From positions 62,001 through 86,612 of the forward strand of contig PPNB01000030.1 in assembly GCA_003707115.1 (NCBI GenBank): a DNA stretch of 24,612 nt, given 5' to 3'. The position numbers and the translations under genes were made by a program. The notes under the pieces are model-generated. The model saw only the letters and a list, made by a program, of their open reading frames with translations. It was not told the DNA's origin and made no database searches. Positions 11,131 to 21,289 of this stretch are shown piece by piece. This stretch comes from Tortispora ganteri. Lineage: Eukaryota. The first letter of the stretch is position 1; every line of letters begins with the position of its first letter.

Positions 11131-11392
11131 TAGCGGGAGAGTATTTAGTCGAACAAGTCAAACAAAGAGTGTAGAAGGTGGGAATGCCTTTGGCCACGGT
11201 ACTTCGCGTTGCCATGACATTATTAATTATTTTAGGTGATTGTATTGCGACATATAGGGAGGAAGACTCATCGTCCTTAAAGGTGTTTTTGAATATCGCT
11301 AGCCGTCACCCCGCGCCTCGCAGTTGGTCTTTGTATATATATATAGTTACCACTAGTTGGTTAGATAGCTGTATTAAGCAGTTGAAATTGCG

Positions 11393-13480
11393 ATGATAAA
11401 AGCTGCATGGCGACGTCCACTGCCTCGACTAACCTGCTCTATTAACCGATCGCCCGTTCTCGGCAATCAACTTTCACTGCACCTGCGATGTCCTGGTCTT
11501 ACGCGGGCGTTCAGTGTATCGCGTATCAGTTTGAGAGACAAGATCCAGGACGCTAAAGATAACCAAAAAAAGGCTCAGGCCATTGACCCTTATTCTAATG
11601 CTTCGCGATCTGATAAGCAAGCCACGCTAGCGACACTTCCCGAGAAAGAGGTCAACCAGGCGAACATTATCAAAGGGTTCATTAAATACATCTGGCCGAA
11701 GAAGGGCGGCTATGGTATCAAAGCCAGGGTCATTATAGCGCTTTCTTTGCTTGTTCTTTCGAAAGTGCTTAATGTTCAAGTCCCTAGCTACTTCAAGGCC
11801 ATTATTGACGGAATGAACATAGACTTCTCTGACGGTATGCATACTGTATGGGTGGTAATAGGCGCGACAATTATGGGTTACGGGCTGACTAGAATTGGTG
11901 CTACGTTATTTGGAGAAATGCGAAACGCCGTGTTTGCCTCCGTCGCGCAAAGAGCTATCAGACAAGTCGCCTTGTCCGTATACACGCATCTGCTGAAACT
12001 TGATCTTGGGTTCCATTTATCACGTCAAACAGGGGGGCTCAGTAGAGCGATAGATCGTGGTACTAAAGGTATTTCCTTTGTCCTTAGCTCTATGGTGTTC
12101 CACATCCTACCTATTTCCTTAGAAATCGGTTTGGTATCCTGCATTCTCAGCTACAATTACGGACCTGTGTTTGCTGGAATAACCCTTGTAACTATGGGGG
12201 CATACGCGTACTTTACTATTCGAACAACAGCATGGCGTACACAGTTTCGCCGTCGTGCTAATGCTGCTGATCAAAAAGCCGCTACGGTTTCAGTGGACTC
12301 TTTGATCAACTATGAAGCAGTGAAATACTTCAATAACGAAGCTTACGAAGTGGCCCGCTATGATAAAGCCCTTTCAGATTACGAAAAGGCTTCTATTAAA
12401 GTTGCTACATCGCTTGCTATGCTTAATTCCGGTCAAAATATCATCTTTTCTACAGCACTAACTGCTATGATGTACCTCGGAGCCTATGACGTCGCGACTT
12501 CGTCCTTAACTATAGGCGACTTAGTCATGATTAACCAGCTAGTATTTCAGCTTTCTGTTCCTTTGAATTTCCTTGGAAGCGTTTACCGCGAGTTTAAGCA
12601 GTCAATGATTGACATGGAGACTATGTTTCGTTTGCAGAAGGTGAACCTAACTGTGATTGACAAGCCCTCTGCTCCACGCCTAGACCTGAAAGGAGGAGAG
12701 ATTCGGTTTGAGAATGTCACTTTTGGGTACCATCCTGATCGCTTGATATTAAAAAATGCATCTTTTACTGTTCCTGCAGGTAGAAAAGTGGCGATAGTTG
12801 GGCCTAGTGGATCGGGCAAGTCCACTATATTCAGGCTAGCGTTTAGATTCTACGATGTGAACGACGGCCGGGTGCTTATTGACGGACAAGATGTTCGAGA
12901 AATTTCACTGGATTCTTTACGATCTGCTATTGGCGTTGTTCCACAGGATACTCCGCTATTTAACAACACGATCATGCACAATATTCGGTACGGCCGAATT
13001 ACCGCGTCAGACGACGAAGTCATTGAGGCAGCCAAGCGTGCGCATATCCACGAAAGTATCATGAGGTTCCCAGATGGGTACGACACTATGGTTGGTGAGA
13101 GGGGAATGATGATATCAGGAGGAGAAAAACAAAGACTAGCGGTATCCCGACTGATTCTGAAAGACACGCCGATAAGTTTTTACGACGAGGCGACATCTGC
13201 TTTAGACACTGAGACAGAAAGAAGTCTGCTGCAAAATATCAACGATATAATACGCGATAAAGGTGTTACCAGCGTGTTTATTGCCCACAGGTTGCGTACG
13301 GTGATGGACAGCGACAGAATTATAGTGCTAAAGGATGGGAGTGTAGCAGAAGAAGGCTCACACGAAGAGCTGTTAGCACTCAATGGCATTTATGCTAAGA
13401 TGTGGCATGCACAGGAAGATCTTGGAATGATAGAAGAAAACCAAGATCCTGATTTCGAGGACGAACTGGAAAAACGTTAA
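11393..13480 (+). CDS. ATM1: Mitochondrial ABC half-transporter for Fe-S/glutathione export
   Basis: Presequence and transmembrane domain with FHLSRQTGGLSRAIDRGTKGI and DSLINYEAVKYFNNE; Walker A GPSGSGKST, signature ISGGEKQR, Walker B FYDEATS, and IAHRL. Confidence 0.97.
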   Translation: MIKAAWRRPLPRLTCSINRSPVLGNQLSLHLRCPGLTRAFSVSRISLRDKIQDAKDNQKKAQAIDPYSNASRSDKQATLATLPEKEVNQANIIKGFIKYIWPKKGGYGIKARVIIALSLLVLSKVLNVQVPSYFKAIIDGMNIDFSDGMHTVWVVIGATIMGYGLTRIGATLFGEMRNAVFASVAQRAIRQVALSVYTHLLKLDLGFHLSRQTGGLSRAIDRGTKGISFVLSSMVFHILPISLEIGLVSCILSYNYGPVFAGITLVTMGAYAYFTIRTTAWRTQFRRRANAADQKAATVSVDSLINYEAVKYFNNEAYEVARYDKALSDYEKASIKVATSLAMLNSGQNIIFSTALTAMMYLGAYDVATSSLTIGDLVMINQLVFQLSVPLNFLGSVYREFKQSMIDMETMFRLQKVNLTVIDKPSAPRLDLKGGEIRFENVTFGYHPDRLILKNASFTVPAGRKVAIVGPSGSGKSTIFRLAFRFYDVNDGRVLIDGQDVREISLDSLRSAIGVVPQDTPLFNNTIMHNIRYGRITASDDEVIEAAKRAHIHESIMRFPDGYDTMVGERGMMISGGEKQRLAVSRLILKDTPISFYDEATSALDTETERSLLQNINDIIRDKGVTSVFIAHRLRTVMDSDRIIVLKDGSVAEEGSHEELLALNGIYAKMWHAQEDLGMIEENQDPDFEDELEKR

Positions 13481-13659
13481 TTGTATAGACAATACGATAC
13501 GCATTGGACAGATCACTAAATAAGATTATAGTTATCTGTTATAAGGTTCGGCATAACTTTAAGTTATACGGTTTCATCTGCAAGATGCTTCAAAGAGGCA
13601 CACCCTTGACGAGAAATATATATAAAGAGGATCGCTTGTACTGATTATGTATATATGTG

Positions 13660-15624
13660 ATGCTGTTTAAACAAACTAAGACCAGAGTGTCAACAGAGTT
13701 GTGGCCATGGACACCACGAAAGACTGACCAGTTTAGACCGTACATGGGCCACTATGGCTTGTCTGTGCAGGCGCCATTTAACCATTTAACCTTGATTCTT
13801 GTTATTCTTGCCGTGAATGTAATACTTAATGGCAACACGATTAAATCTTTAGTAGATTATGTGCGTTTGAATTCGGATGAATACTGCAGTTCGTTGAATG
13901 CAGTTCCTGAGTTTGCAAGCGGAGTGTCGCAAGACATTTCACAGGCTGTAGTTGAGCTGACAGAGAATTCAGTACAGAATTTTGGAGAAGCTTTGTCTAT
14001 TATTGTGAGTTCTTTTGGAAGTATAGTGTCTTTTATACTTGACATTCTTCTAGGGACATATATTTGCTTATTCTCACTTGTTGCAACAGCTGCTGCTGAA
14101 CTGGCATTAAATGCCGCCGAAGAAGTGTTGACTTTCGCTAATGATACTCTAAAAACTGTTGATACTATCATTAAAGAGTCTGTAAGTGCAGCAAATACGG
14201 CTTTAGAGTCTGTATCTACGTCTCTAGAGAGCGTGACTACGTTCTTTTCAGGTGAAGTTGTTGATATTCCTACTGTTTCCATTCCAGATGTGACAGCACT
14301 TGCAAATTTATCCATTCCGGATTCTGTTTTTAACGCAATAAGCAGTACAAAAGCCGAAATTCCTGATTTCAAAGACTTGCAAAGTGATTTTTTGGACCTT
14401 GCAAAATCGCCATTTGAGTACCTTAGTATACAAATTGACAATTTATTTGTTAATTATGCGTATCCAGACGCAAACTACTCAAAATATGCAATAGAATACA
14501 ATCAACTTTCTTGTACTAACGCAGATGATAAATATTGGCAAGGTATTCAAAATACAATAAACAAATTGACGTATACTGCAGCGGCATTAATATTTATTTT
14601 AGCTTTATTAGTTGCAATTGGATTTGCAGTTTATGAGAATATAGCTTACAAAAGATTGAATATCAATGTCAGAGAAACTACAGATACTTCAGATCAAATT
14701 GAATCTTATTATGCAGGCAAGAATTCACTAGCATTTTATTTTCAACGCAACTTTATAAGCAAAAATTCGATCTATGCTGCACAATATAGATGGTTTGTAT
14801 CGTTTGTTTTGTCGAGCAAAATGACATTCATGTTATACCTTGGAATTATTATGTCATTCTCATACATAATCGTTTACTGCATTTTCAACAATATTAGTAC
14901 CCTTGCTGAAAGTTTCGATACCCAATCATCTGAAAAAGCACTGTCTGCACTAGCTGCTAACACTACAAACTCATGGAAAACCACTTCAAACAATATGATC
15001 GGTCTTATCGAAACCGATGTAAATACGAGAATACTAGGACCAGTTCATAACACTACTACTCAACTCAACAACACAATATCGAACTTTGAAACATCTATTG
15101 AACTAGCTATCAATTCAGTCTTCGGGAACTCGTTTCTGGCAGACACAGTCTCCAATATAGCATATTGTCTGATCCTCAGAAAACTAGAGTTTCTCTCTTC
15201 AATAATGAACTCGCTCGCCAACCATTCACAAGTCAGACTTTATCGATTCGATACTTCATCCAATTCATCTGCACTTGCAAATACTGTTTCTTCGCCGACC
15301 TCTACATTCTCTAAACTATTGAAAATGTACGCACATTCAAGACTCCCAGATCTTTATATAGGTCTCATTTTATTCCTTTTATGGCTAATACTTGCAATAG
15401 CGGCTCTGCTGGTCTTGTTAAAAGAGAAAGCTTTAGCTAAAGAAGAAACTACAAAGCCTCTCAAATGCAAATCAATACATTTCGATACATGGAACGTCGA
15501 TCCCGACATAATCGCTATACCGCAGACAAAGCATTACGCAGAACATATACCATCGTCACATGATATACAAAGTGTCCATCCATCCCCAGATTTCGTTAGG
15601 TCTCCTCAGTATTCACCTATCTAG
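13660..15624 (+). CDS. PRM1: Plasma-membrane fusion protein Prm1
   Basis: ~654 aa AT-rich ORF with several transmembrane segments and N-glycosylation sequons. N-terminal PY.G...Q...N.LTLIL...C, FILDILLGTYICL and IAYCLILRKLE resemble fungal Prm1. The exact start codon is uncertain. Confidence 0.85.
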   Translation: MLFKQTKTRVSTELWPWTPRKTDQFRPYMGHYGLSVQAPFNHLTLILVILAVNVILNGNTIKSLVDYVRLNSDEYCSSLNAVPEFASGVSQDISQAVVELTENSVQNFGEALSIIVSSFGSIVSFILDILLGTYICLFSLVATAAAELALNAAEEVLTFANDTLKTVDTIIKESVSAANTALESVSTSLESVTTFFSGEVVDIPTVSIPDVTALANLSIPDSVFNAISSTKAEIPDFKDLQSDFLDLAKSPFEYLSIQIDNLFVNYAYPDANYSKYAIEYNQLSCTNADDKYWQGIQNTINKLTYTAAALIFILALLVAIGFAVYENIAYKRLNINVRETTDTSDQIESYYAGKNSLAFYFQRNFISKNSIYAAQYRWFVSFVLSSKMTFMLYLGIIMSFSYIIVYCIFNNISTLAESFDTQSSEKALSALAANTTNSWKTTSNNMIGLIETDVNTRILGPVHNTTTQLNNTISNFETSIELAINSVFGNSFLADTVSNIAYCLILRKLEFLSSIMNSLANHSQVRLYRFDTSSNSSALANTVSSPTSTFSKLLKMYAHSRLPDLYIGLILFLLWLILAIAALLVLLKEKALAKEETTKPLKCKSIHFDTWNVDPDIIAIPQTKHYAEHIPSSHDIQSVHPSPDFVRSPQYSPI

Positions 15625-18600
15625 GCCGCAGATCCACGCCCGCCAATTGCCTGCTGCAATTTTAAGCTCTCTTCAGACAATGTCACGCTTGGTAACTTCA
15701 ACTTACCTTCACTGGGTGGAGGAGAGATAAATCCAATAGCCACAAGATACGCAAGGTACTTGCCGACTTCAGCACTGAGAACTGCCGATCCCTTAGAGGC
15801 ATCGACCCCAGTCCATTGTATATCTTTCTTTAATGCAATAATAGCATTCGTATCGTCTAATTCCGGTGCACGCGTGTTTTGAGGAAGATTGTCAAGTACA
15901 AAATGCAGTAACGGATAAAGTGCATGGTCCTGTGATGAAGTAACCACATAGTTCTCCAACTCAATTCTCCATTCAATATAGTCAACCTTTTTTACTGTGT
16001 ATCCGTAGTCAGCAGGTAGAGCAAGGAACTCGTTGAATCGTATACGGGGATGCCCTGTAACATGAGCAACAGTCAGTTCTGTCATCGACGGCGGATTAAA
16101 CGCAGTAGCACATACAACACGTGCCACATGGTTCACAGGAACCATATTCACATTATTGGCAATATCAGGGAAAAGCCCCAGCTGTATGCAGCCCTTAAGC
16201 ATTCGAACAAGGAAATCATCCGTGTTAGTAGCACCTGTAACAGAATCACCAAGAACATAACCAGGACGAACGATGCATCCAGTAAGCCCTCGTGTACCCG
16301 CAGTGCGTATGAGACGTTCAGCTACCCATTTGCTTTGACCGTAGCCGTTGGATAAACCATAAGATGAACCTTGCAAATCATCGGATTCAGGAATACCACT
16401 CTTGCCTTCAGAGATAAGCTTATCGGAAAGTGAAACAAAGTACTCTGTGTCCACAGTTGATGTAGAAGAAACAAATGTGAAATACTTAGGTTTGCCTGCA
16501 CTACACAAACTCATGAGTTCAATAGTTCCGAGTACATTAGGAGCTCGGAGTTTAGAGTAAGGATAGACCCAATGCACAAGCGCAGCATTATGAATGATAA
16601 CATCCGTTTTAACTTCAAGTGTAATCCATTCAGAGTCAGAGAGTCCAAGTTTTGCTGCTCCTATATCACCAATAAGCACTTCAATGCGTTCTTCCCATGC
16701 CGAATCCCAGAATCCGTAAGCTTCACATGCATTCTTTATACGTCTTAAACCATCTTGTTTGTCTTTGCCTCTTACATGGGCATATACAAACACATGCTCT
16801 CCCCTGCTCAGTACGTCTTTCAAAATAAATGAACCAAGGAATCCAGTGGCACCAGTAAGTAGCACGTATATTTTATCTTTAGGTGATAAAATACGATCAG
16901 AAGCGGAAACATAGTTAGGAAGTAATTGATTTTTCAGTTCTTCGCAGTCTTTGTTGTAGTCAACCGTCGCTGAAGACTCTTCGGCTCCATTCTCGGCAGT
17001 ATCTGATTCTTTAGCAACAAAATTGTCGCCAGACTTCAGCGCTTCAACACGTGAAGTAAACTCAGCAATAGTAGGGGCGGAGAATATCGTATTCAAAGGC
17101 AAATCTATCATGTATTTTTTTCTCACAGCAAATATCATACGAGTAGCAAGAATCGAATGACCGCCTAACTCGAAAAAATTATCTTCTGGACGAACAGAAC
17201 TTGGTACTTGCGGGAAAACGCTCAACCAAATATCGCGAATTTCAGCTTGCATTGGGGTAAATAAACCAGATTCAGTATTTCCAACTTTCTTTGCAACACT
17301 AGAAAGCTGCGCAGTGTCAGGGAAAGGTAATGCTGGTTTATCAACTTTGCCGTTAGGATTCAGAGGCATCTTGCTCAGCGGTACAATAACAGTAGGAATA
17401 GCATAACTCGGTAATTTTTGTTTCAAGTGGCGCTTAATATCTTTGATCAAGTTTCTGTATTTCACAAGCCCCTTCACAACAGCATCTTTTTCGTCATCAA
17501 GCTCGTCGTCTTTGACCACAAGTTCATTTAAAACAGATTCTCCGTGCGGTACAATGTAAGACACAAGCGTTGGTTCTTCGTCTTTGTCGCGACGCACTAG
17601 AGTAACGTTTTCACGAACACAATGATGTTGTGACAAATATGTATCAATTTCACCTAATTCAATTCTGAATCCTCGGATTTTAACTTGGTTGTCGGCGCGT
17701 CCACTGCATTCCACATAGCCGCCAGGAATATATCGACCCAGATCACCAGTACGGTAAAGTCTGTCTCTTATCCCTAAAAAATACTTTGCCCATGATGGAG
17801 CATTATCCTCTGTAAAAGGCAACTTCCAATAATTTTCAGGAACAAACCAGCTGGTTATAAATTTCTCTGCAGTAAGCTCGGGAAGCTGTAAGTACCCTTC
17901 AGCGAGACCACCTGCACGGACATAGATCTCGCCAATTTCACCCATTCCGCAAAGTTTCTGGCGATTATTTCGGTTCACAACAAGCAATTGAACATCAAGC
18001 ATACCCTTACCAGCTGGTATTATGTCTTTCAACCCTTGAATGTAAGTGCTATTTGCAGCCATAGATGGAATCTCGAAATAGGAAACGGCACGCTGAGTTT
18101 CAGTAGTACCGTACATATTAACTATGTAAACATTCTTAGCTAAAGCTTGGAGTCGAAGGCAATCACGTTTAGTGAGTATATCACCGACGAAAAATGCATG
18201 GTGCAGTGATTCTATGTTAGCCTCAGCTTGCGCAGATAGCAATTGACCCATTGCAGGTGTAAGATGTGTAACAGTAGCACAATTTTCAGACATCCATTGA
18301 GCAAGACGCCCAGGCGTGCCAATATCATCCTGAGTCGGTACAAGGAGCTTTGCGCCCAAGAAGAGCGGAGTGAAAATATCACGCTGAATAGGATCATGTG
18401 CTATTCCGCTTAACATTGTAAAATTATCTCTCTCTGACAAATTAAAACGTTCAGCCATCCAAGGGAAGTAGTAGGTGAGTGAGAAGTGACGGCCCTTAAC
18501 GCCTTTAGGTACGCCTTCTGAACCACTAGTGAAGCTCAGCGTAGGATTACAGTCTGGACCGACTTCTACATTGGCATCTGTATCGGGTAGGCCTTTTAAG

Positions 18601-19727
18601 ATATTGGAGTTATCAACAGAGTTGAATCCAACTACTGTACCATCATCCAGTAGTTCAACGTTTTCCACCTGAGCCTTCAAGCTAAGATTCTCAGCAATGT
18701 ATTGTCGAACTTCGTCGGACAAAGTACCAGCCTTGCGCAGGACCAGCAGGGCTTGCGGCTTGGCTACCGAAAGATAGATATTTTGGCGTGTGGGTGGATA
18801 AGCCGGATCAATAACGGAAAAGGTACAGCCAGCTTTCAACACACCCATGACTGCAATGACCAGATCAACGCCTCGGTAAGCGTAAATCATAACTACGTCG
18901 CCGATCGTCAAACCTTGCATAATAAGACGATGCGCAATGGCGTTCGCAGCATGATTGATTTGACTATAGGTGAAAACTCTAGACTTAGAAACTTCGACAA
19001 AGATATTTCGAGTCTCCACAATGCATTCACGATCTGGGAATCGATGAGCATTAGCAGTGAAAATGTCTTGAATAGAGCCCCTATACGCGGCCCAATGCAG
19101 GTCACGTCTAGGATCAGGAAGAATATTTCTCTGGAATTCAGTAATAATATCGATTTCACAGACTTTCTCAGATCGGTCAGCGGCAAGGATTGCAGCTAAC
19201 TGTTCGGCAATGACTGAAATGCGCTCTTTCTTAAATAGAAGTGTATTGTAACAAATAGTCAAAACAGAATTCCATAAATGAAAAGAAATGTCAACTTTGA
19301 GACCTTCTCGGGGCGCAGGAAGCTTAGGTTGATTTGAGTCAGCTGCAAATATCACTGTGAACGGTAGATTCGCTTCTGGGCCGATAGCAGCTCGAACAAT
19401 GCCGAGGGCGTCAGTAAAGTCAAGTGGCGATTCGGCAGATTCTGCAATCTCCTGCTTAACAGAATCATATAGTTGCTGAAGTACTAACTGGTTTGTAATA
19501 AATTGGCGAGAGACAAAAGGAGAAGGTGAATTGACTCCAATTAAAATATCCTCGTCCCCGGTTAGTCGATAGAGTATAACAACAAGAGCAGTCAGTACAG
19601 CTGCATCGTCTCCATCAATAGGTACTTCTAGTATACCATCAACCACCTTATATGGCGATGGTCTAGCGTAATCACTAGGCAAGTAGGAAAGAGTAGGCGA
19701 TCTCAGTTTCTCTGCCCAGTCGATCAT
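15621..19727 (-). CDS. LYS2: L-aminoadipate-semialdehyde dehydrogenase (alpha-aminoadipate reductase; A-T-R domains)
   Basis: A domain LSFTSGSEGVPKG, AHDPIQRDIFTP, YGTTETQRA, YRTGDLGRY, GRADNQVKIRGFRIELGEI and NPNGKVDK; T domain FFELGGHS; reductase TGATGFLG and YGQSKW. Confidence 0.98.
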   Translation of the reverse strand: MIDWAEKLRSPTLSYLPSDYARPSPYKVVDGILEVPIDGDDAAVLTALVVILYRLTGDEDILIGVNSPSPFVSRQFITNQLVLQQLYDSVKQEIAESAESPLDFTDALGIVRAAIGPEANLPFTVIFAADSNQPKLPAPREGLKVDISFHLWNSVLTICYNTLLFKKERISVIAEQLAAILAADRSEKVCEIDIITEFQRNILPDPRRDLHWAAYRGSIQDIFTANAHRFPDRECIVETRNIFVEVSKSRVFTYSQINHAANAIAHRLIMQGLTIGDVVMIYAYRGVDLVIAVMGVLKAGCTFSVIDPAYPPTRQNIYLSVAKPQALLVLRKAGTLSDEVRQYIAENLSLKAQVENVELLDDGTVVGFNSVDNSNILKGLPDTDANVEVGPDCNPTLSFTSGSEGVPKGVKGRHFSLTYYFPWMAERFNLSERDNFTMLSGIAHDPIQRDIFTPLFLGAKLLVPTQDDIGTPGRLAQWMSENCATVTHLTPAMGQLLSAQAEANIESLHHAFFVGDILTKRDCLRLQALAKNVYIVNMYGTTETQRAVSYFEIPSMAANSTYIQGLKDIIPAGKGMLDVQLLVVNRNNRQKLCGMGEIGEIYVRAGGLAEGYLQLPELTAEKFITSWFVPENYWKLPFTEDNAPSWAKYFLGIRDRLYRTGDLGRYIPGGYVECSGRADNQVKIRGFRIELGEIDTYLSQHHCVRENVTLVRRDKDEEPTLVSYIVPHGESVLNELVVKDDELDDEKDAVVKGLVKYRNLIKDIKRHLKQKLPSYAIPTVIVPLSKMPLNPNGKVDKPALPFPDTAQLSSVAKKVGNTESGLFTPMQAEIRDIWLSVFPQVPSSVRPEDNFFELGGHSILATRMIFAVRKKYMIDLPLNTIFSAPTIAEFTSRVEALKSGDNFVAKESDTAENGAEESSATVDYNKDCEELKNQLLPNYVSASDRILSPKDKIYVLLTGATGFLGSFILKDVLSRGEHVFVYAHVRGKDKQDGLRRIKNACEAYGFWDSAWEERIEVLIGDIGAAKLGLSDSEWITLEVKTDVIIHNAALVHWVYPYSKLRAPNVLGTIELMSLCSAGKPKYFTFVSSTSTVDTEYFVSLSDKLISEGKSGIPESDDLQGSSYGLSNGYGQSKWVAERLIRTAGTRGLTGCIVRPGYVLGDSVTGATNTDDFLVRMLKGCIQLGLFPDIANNVNMVPVNHVARVVCATAFNPPSMTELTVAHVTGHPRIRFNEFLALPADYGYTVKKVDYIEWRIELENYVVTSSQDHALYPLLHFVLDNLPQNTRAPELDDTNAIIALKKDIQWTGVDASKGSAVLSAEVGKYLAYLVAIGFISPPPSEGKLKLPSVTLSEESLKLQQAIGGRGSAA

Positions 19728-19786
19728 AATGAAATTCTTGAATACAAATTAATGAAAAAAATGCTCCGACGCTCGATTACCGTAAA

Positions 19787-19793
19787 GAGTCAT
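19787..19793 (-). promoter_or_regulatory. Gcn4/CpcA-type response element upstream of LYS2
   Basis: GAGTCAT on + reads ATGACTC on -, ~60 bp upstream of the LYS2 ATG. LYS2 is an established general amino-acid control target in yeasts. Confidence 0.55.
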
Positions 19794-19872
19794 AGAACGT
19801 CCATAGCGACGCTATTGGGGTATAGGGTCTTATTTACACCAGCTGGTGAGGCATCTTTGGGGAATCACGTAA

Positions 19873-20390
19873 GACTTAACGGTATGGCTGTCATAGAAAT
19901 CAATGAGGTGCTGTAAGAAACCGTAATTCATCTCGGATAGAGCGATTTACACGGAGAATTACTTTTATCACGCATTAAACAACTAGAAGATATTTTTAAG
20001 TCTACTGGACTTACAGAACGAGAAGTACTACGCTTGCAGGAAGCTAGTGCAACTGAACGCCCGACTCATTTCGCTGTCCCAGAAATGGCCTTTAAGGTAC
20101 AGAATAAATCATTTGATCTCGAGATCCACGACACGCACACTACCATCGATGAAGCTAGACAGATGATTGCTATAGGGTAGGCTATATATGTTCCCTCGAC
20201 CTGCCGTGGCAGTAAATGACCTGCTTTGATGCAATCAATAACACACATACTATTGAAACAATTGCCAGAACACCTCTTCTAGACCAATACTCTTAGTAAA
20301 ATGTAGTTGATTCAGACGGCAACAACACAATCTCTGACAGCTCGATCGAATCATTGCATTACAAACTAATCAGACACAATGCCTTGAGGT
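19873..20390 (+). pseudogene. Direct repeat copy A1: fragment of a decayed unknown coding sequence
   Basis: Aligns by eye along its whole length with 22964-23500. One frame reads LNGMAVIEINEVL*ETVIHLG*SDLHGELLLSRIKQLEDIFKSTGLTEREVLRLQEA...IAIG*, with internal stops. Confidence 0.6.
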
Positions 20391-20514
20391 TCCGAGGTTC
20401 CCTTCAGTCATTAAAACTCCCCTAAATAATCGATTATTCTTCGACTATCTTTATCACAGTTTTAGGGCATGTTTCTAGTGCATTTGGCGCGGCTTGTGGC
20501 TGCTAATTAGCAGA

Positions 20515-20906
20515 ATCGCGAAAATCGTGTGCAAATGGTGGAATGGCAAAAAACACCAAGGCTGTAGCCTTGGTGAATTTTCAGATTTCACGAAAATCTT
20601 GATTTTTTAGAAAGTCCTCTAGAAGCCTTTAAAACGTCAATAAATACTCAAATAACCGGTCATTATGCTTACAATACCTTCAGAGCCTCTTCTAGGCCTT
20701 TCACGCGGCTCATGACAGTTTGCCCTTGAAATTGAGCAAATCGCAATACTCGTAAATGTCACCAAGACCACTGCATCGACTTTGAGAAACACGCCATCTA
20801 TCGATAGGCCAGAATATCATAGAGCACAGCTTCTATTTTGTCTCTGAGCTAGTATTGGCGGTCATGCCCAGAACTCTGGTACCTTCACTTCGGCGTCCAT
20901 GCTTTA
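20515..20906 (+). repeat. Left arm (B) of a long inverted repeat
   Basis: 20546-20906 is the reverse complement of ~24229-24581 with long identical blocks (e.g. ATACCTTCAGAGCCTCTTCTAGGCCTTTCACGCGGCTCATGACAGTTTGCCCTTGAAATTGAGCAAATCGCA). Looser 9-mer similarity extends outward. Confidence 0.95.
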
Positions 20907-21289
20907 TCAGCGGATCGCGATTGCGAGATACCTACGCTTTTGCGGCATCTAGCGCAATGAAACTAAACTACTCTTAGTCTTGAAAATAGGAAGATGCACT
21001 TCCCCGTGGGTCTTGTAGCAATTCCTGTACTATTTGATCGTCGATGTCTTGTCGGTCGGCTTCTGATGAATCTCGAAGATTCTGGCTGGTTCCAGGGCGA
21101 TAGCACTGGCACGCATGTACACGCGTCCGATGGCTGTTGTGCCAAGAGCCCAATGGTTAATCTTATTATTCCTAGACGCTGTTAACCTTCGATTGAGCGC
21201 ATCCTGTGTAAGTTGTTCGCGTGGGTCGCTCAATGTATACGGTCGTCGACGAGAAGTGGAGTAAGCCTAGTTAAGGAGAGCGAACAGCG

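Noticed and set aside
11131..11392. Rpn4/PACE element and 72-aa ORF between RPN9 and ATM1
   Set aside because: Only mismatched GGTGGCAAA-like words; the ORF has a GTG start and sits in a divergent promoter.
13553..13567. ATAACTT-T-AAGTTAT palindrome resembling loxP ends, next to a near-PRE (TGAAACC on minus strand) upstream of PRM1
   Set aside because: Lacks the 13-bp arms and 8-bp spacer of loxP; the Ste12-like site is single and imperfect.
2085..19199. Numerous ORFs nested in or antisense to the main genes (e.g. 3198-3728, 8866-9348, 13857-14441, 18702-19199)
   Set aside because: Expected by-products of codon bias in the real CDSs; no independent evidence.
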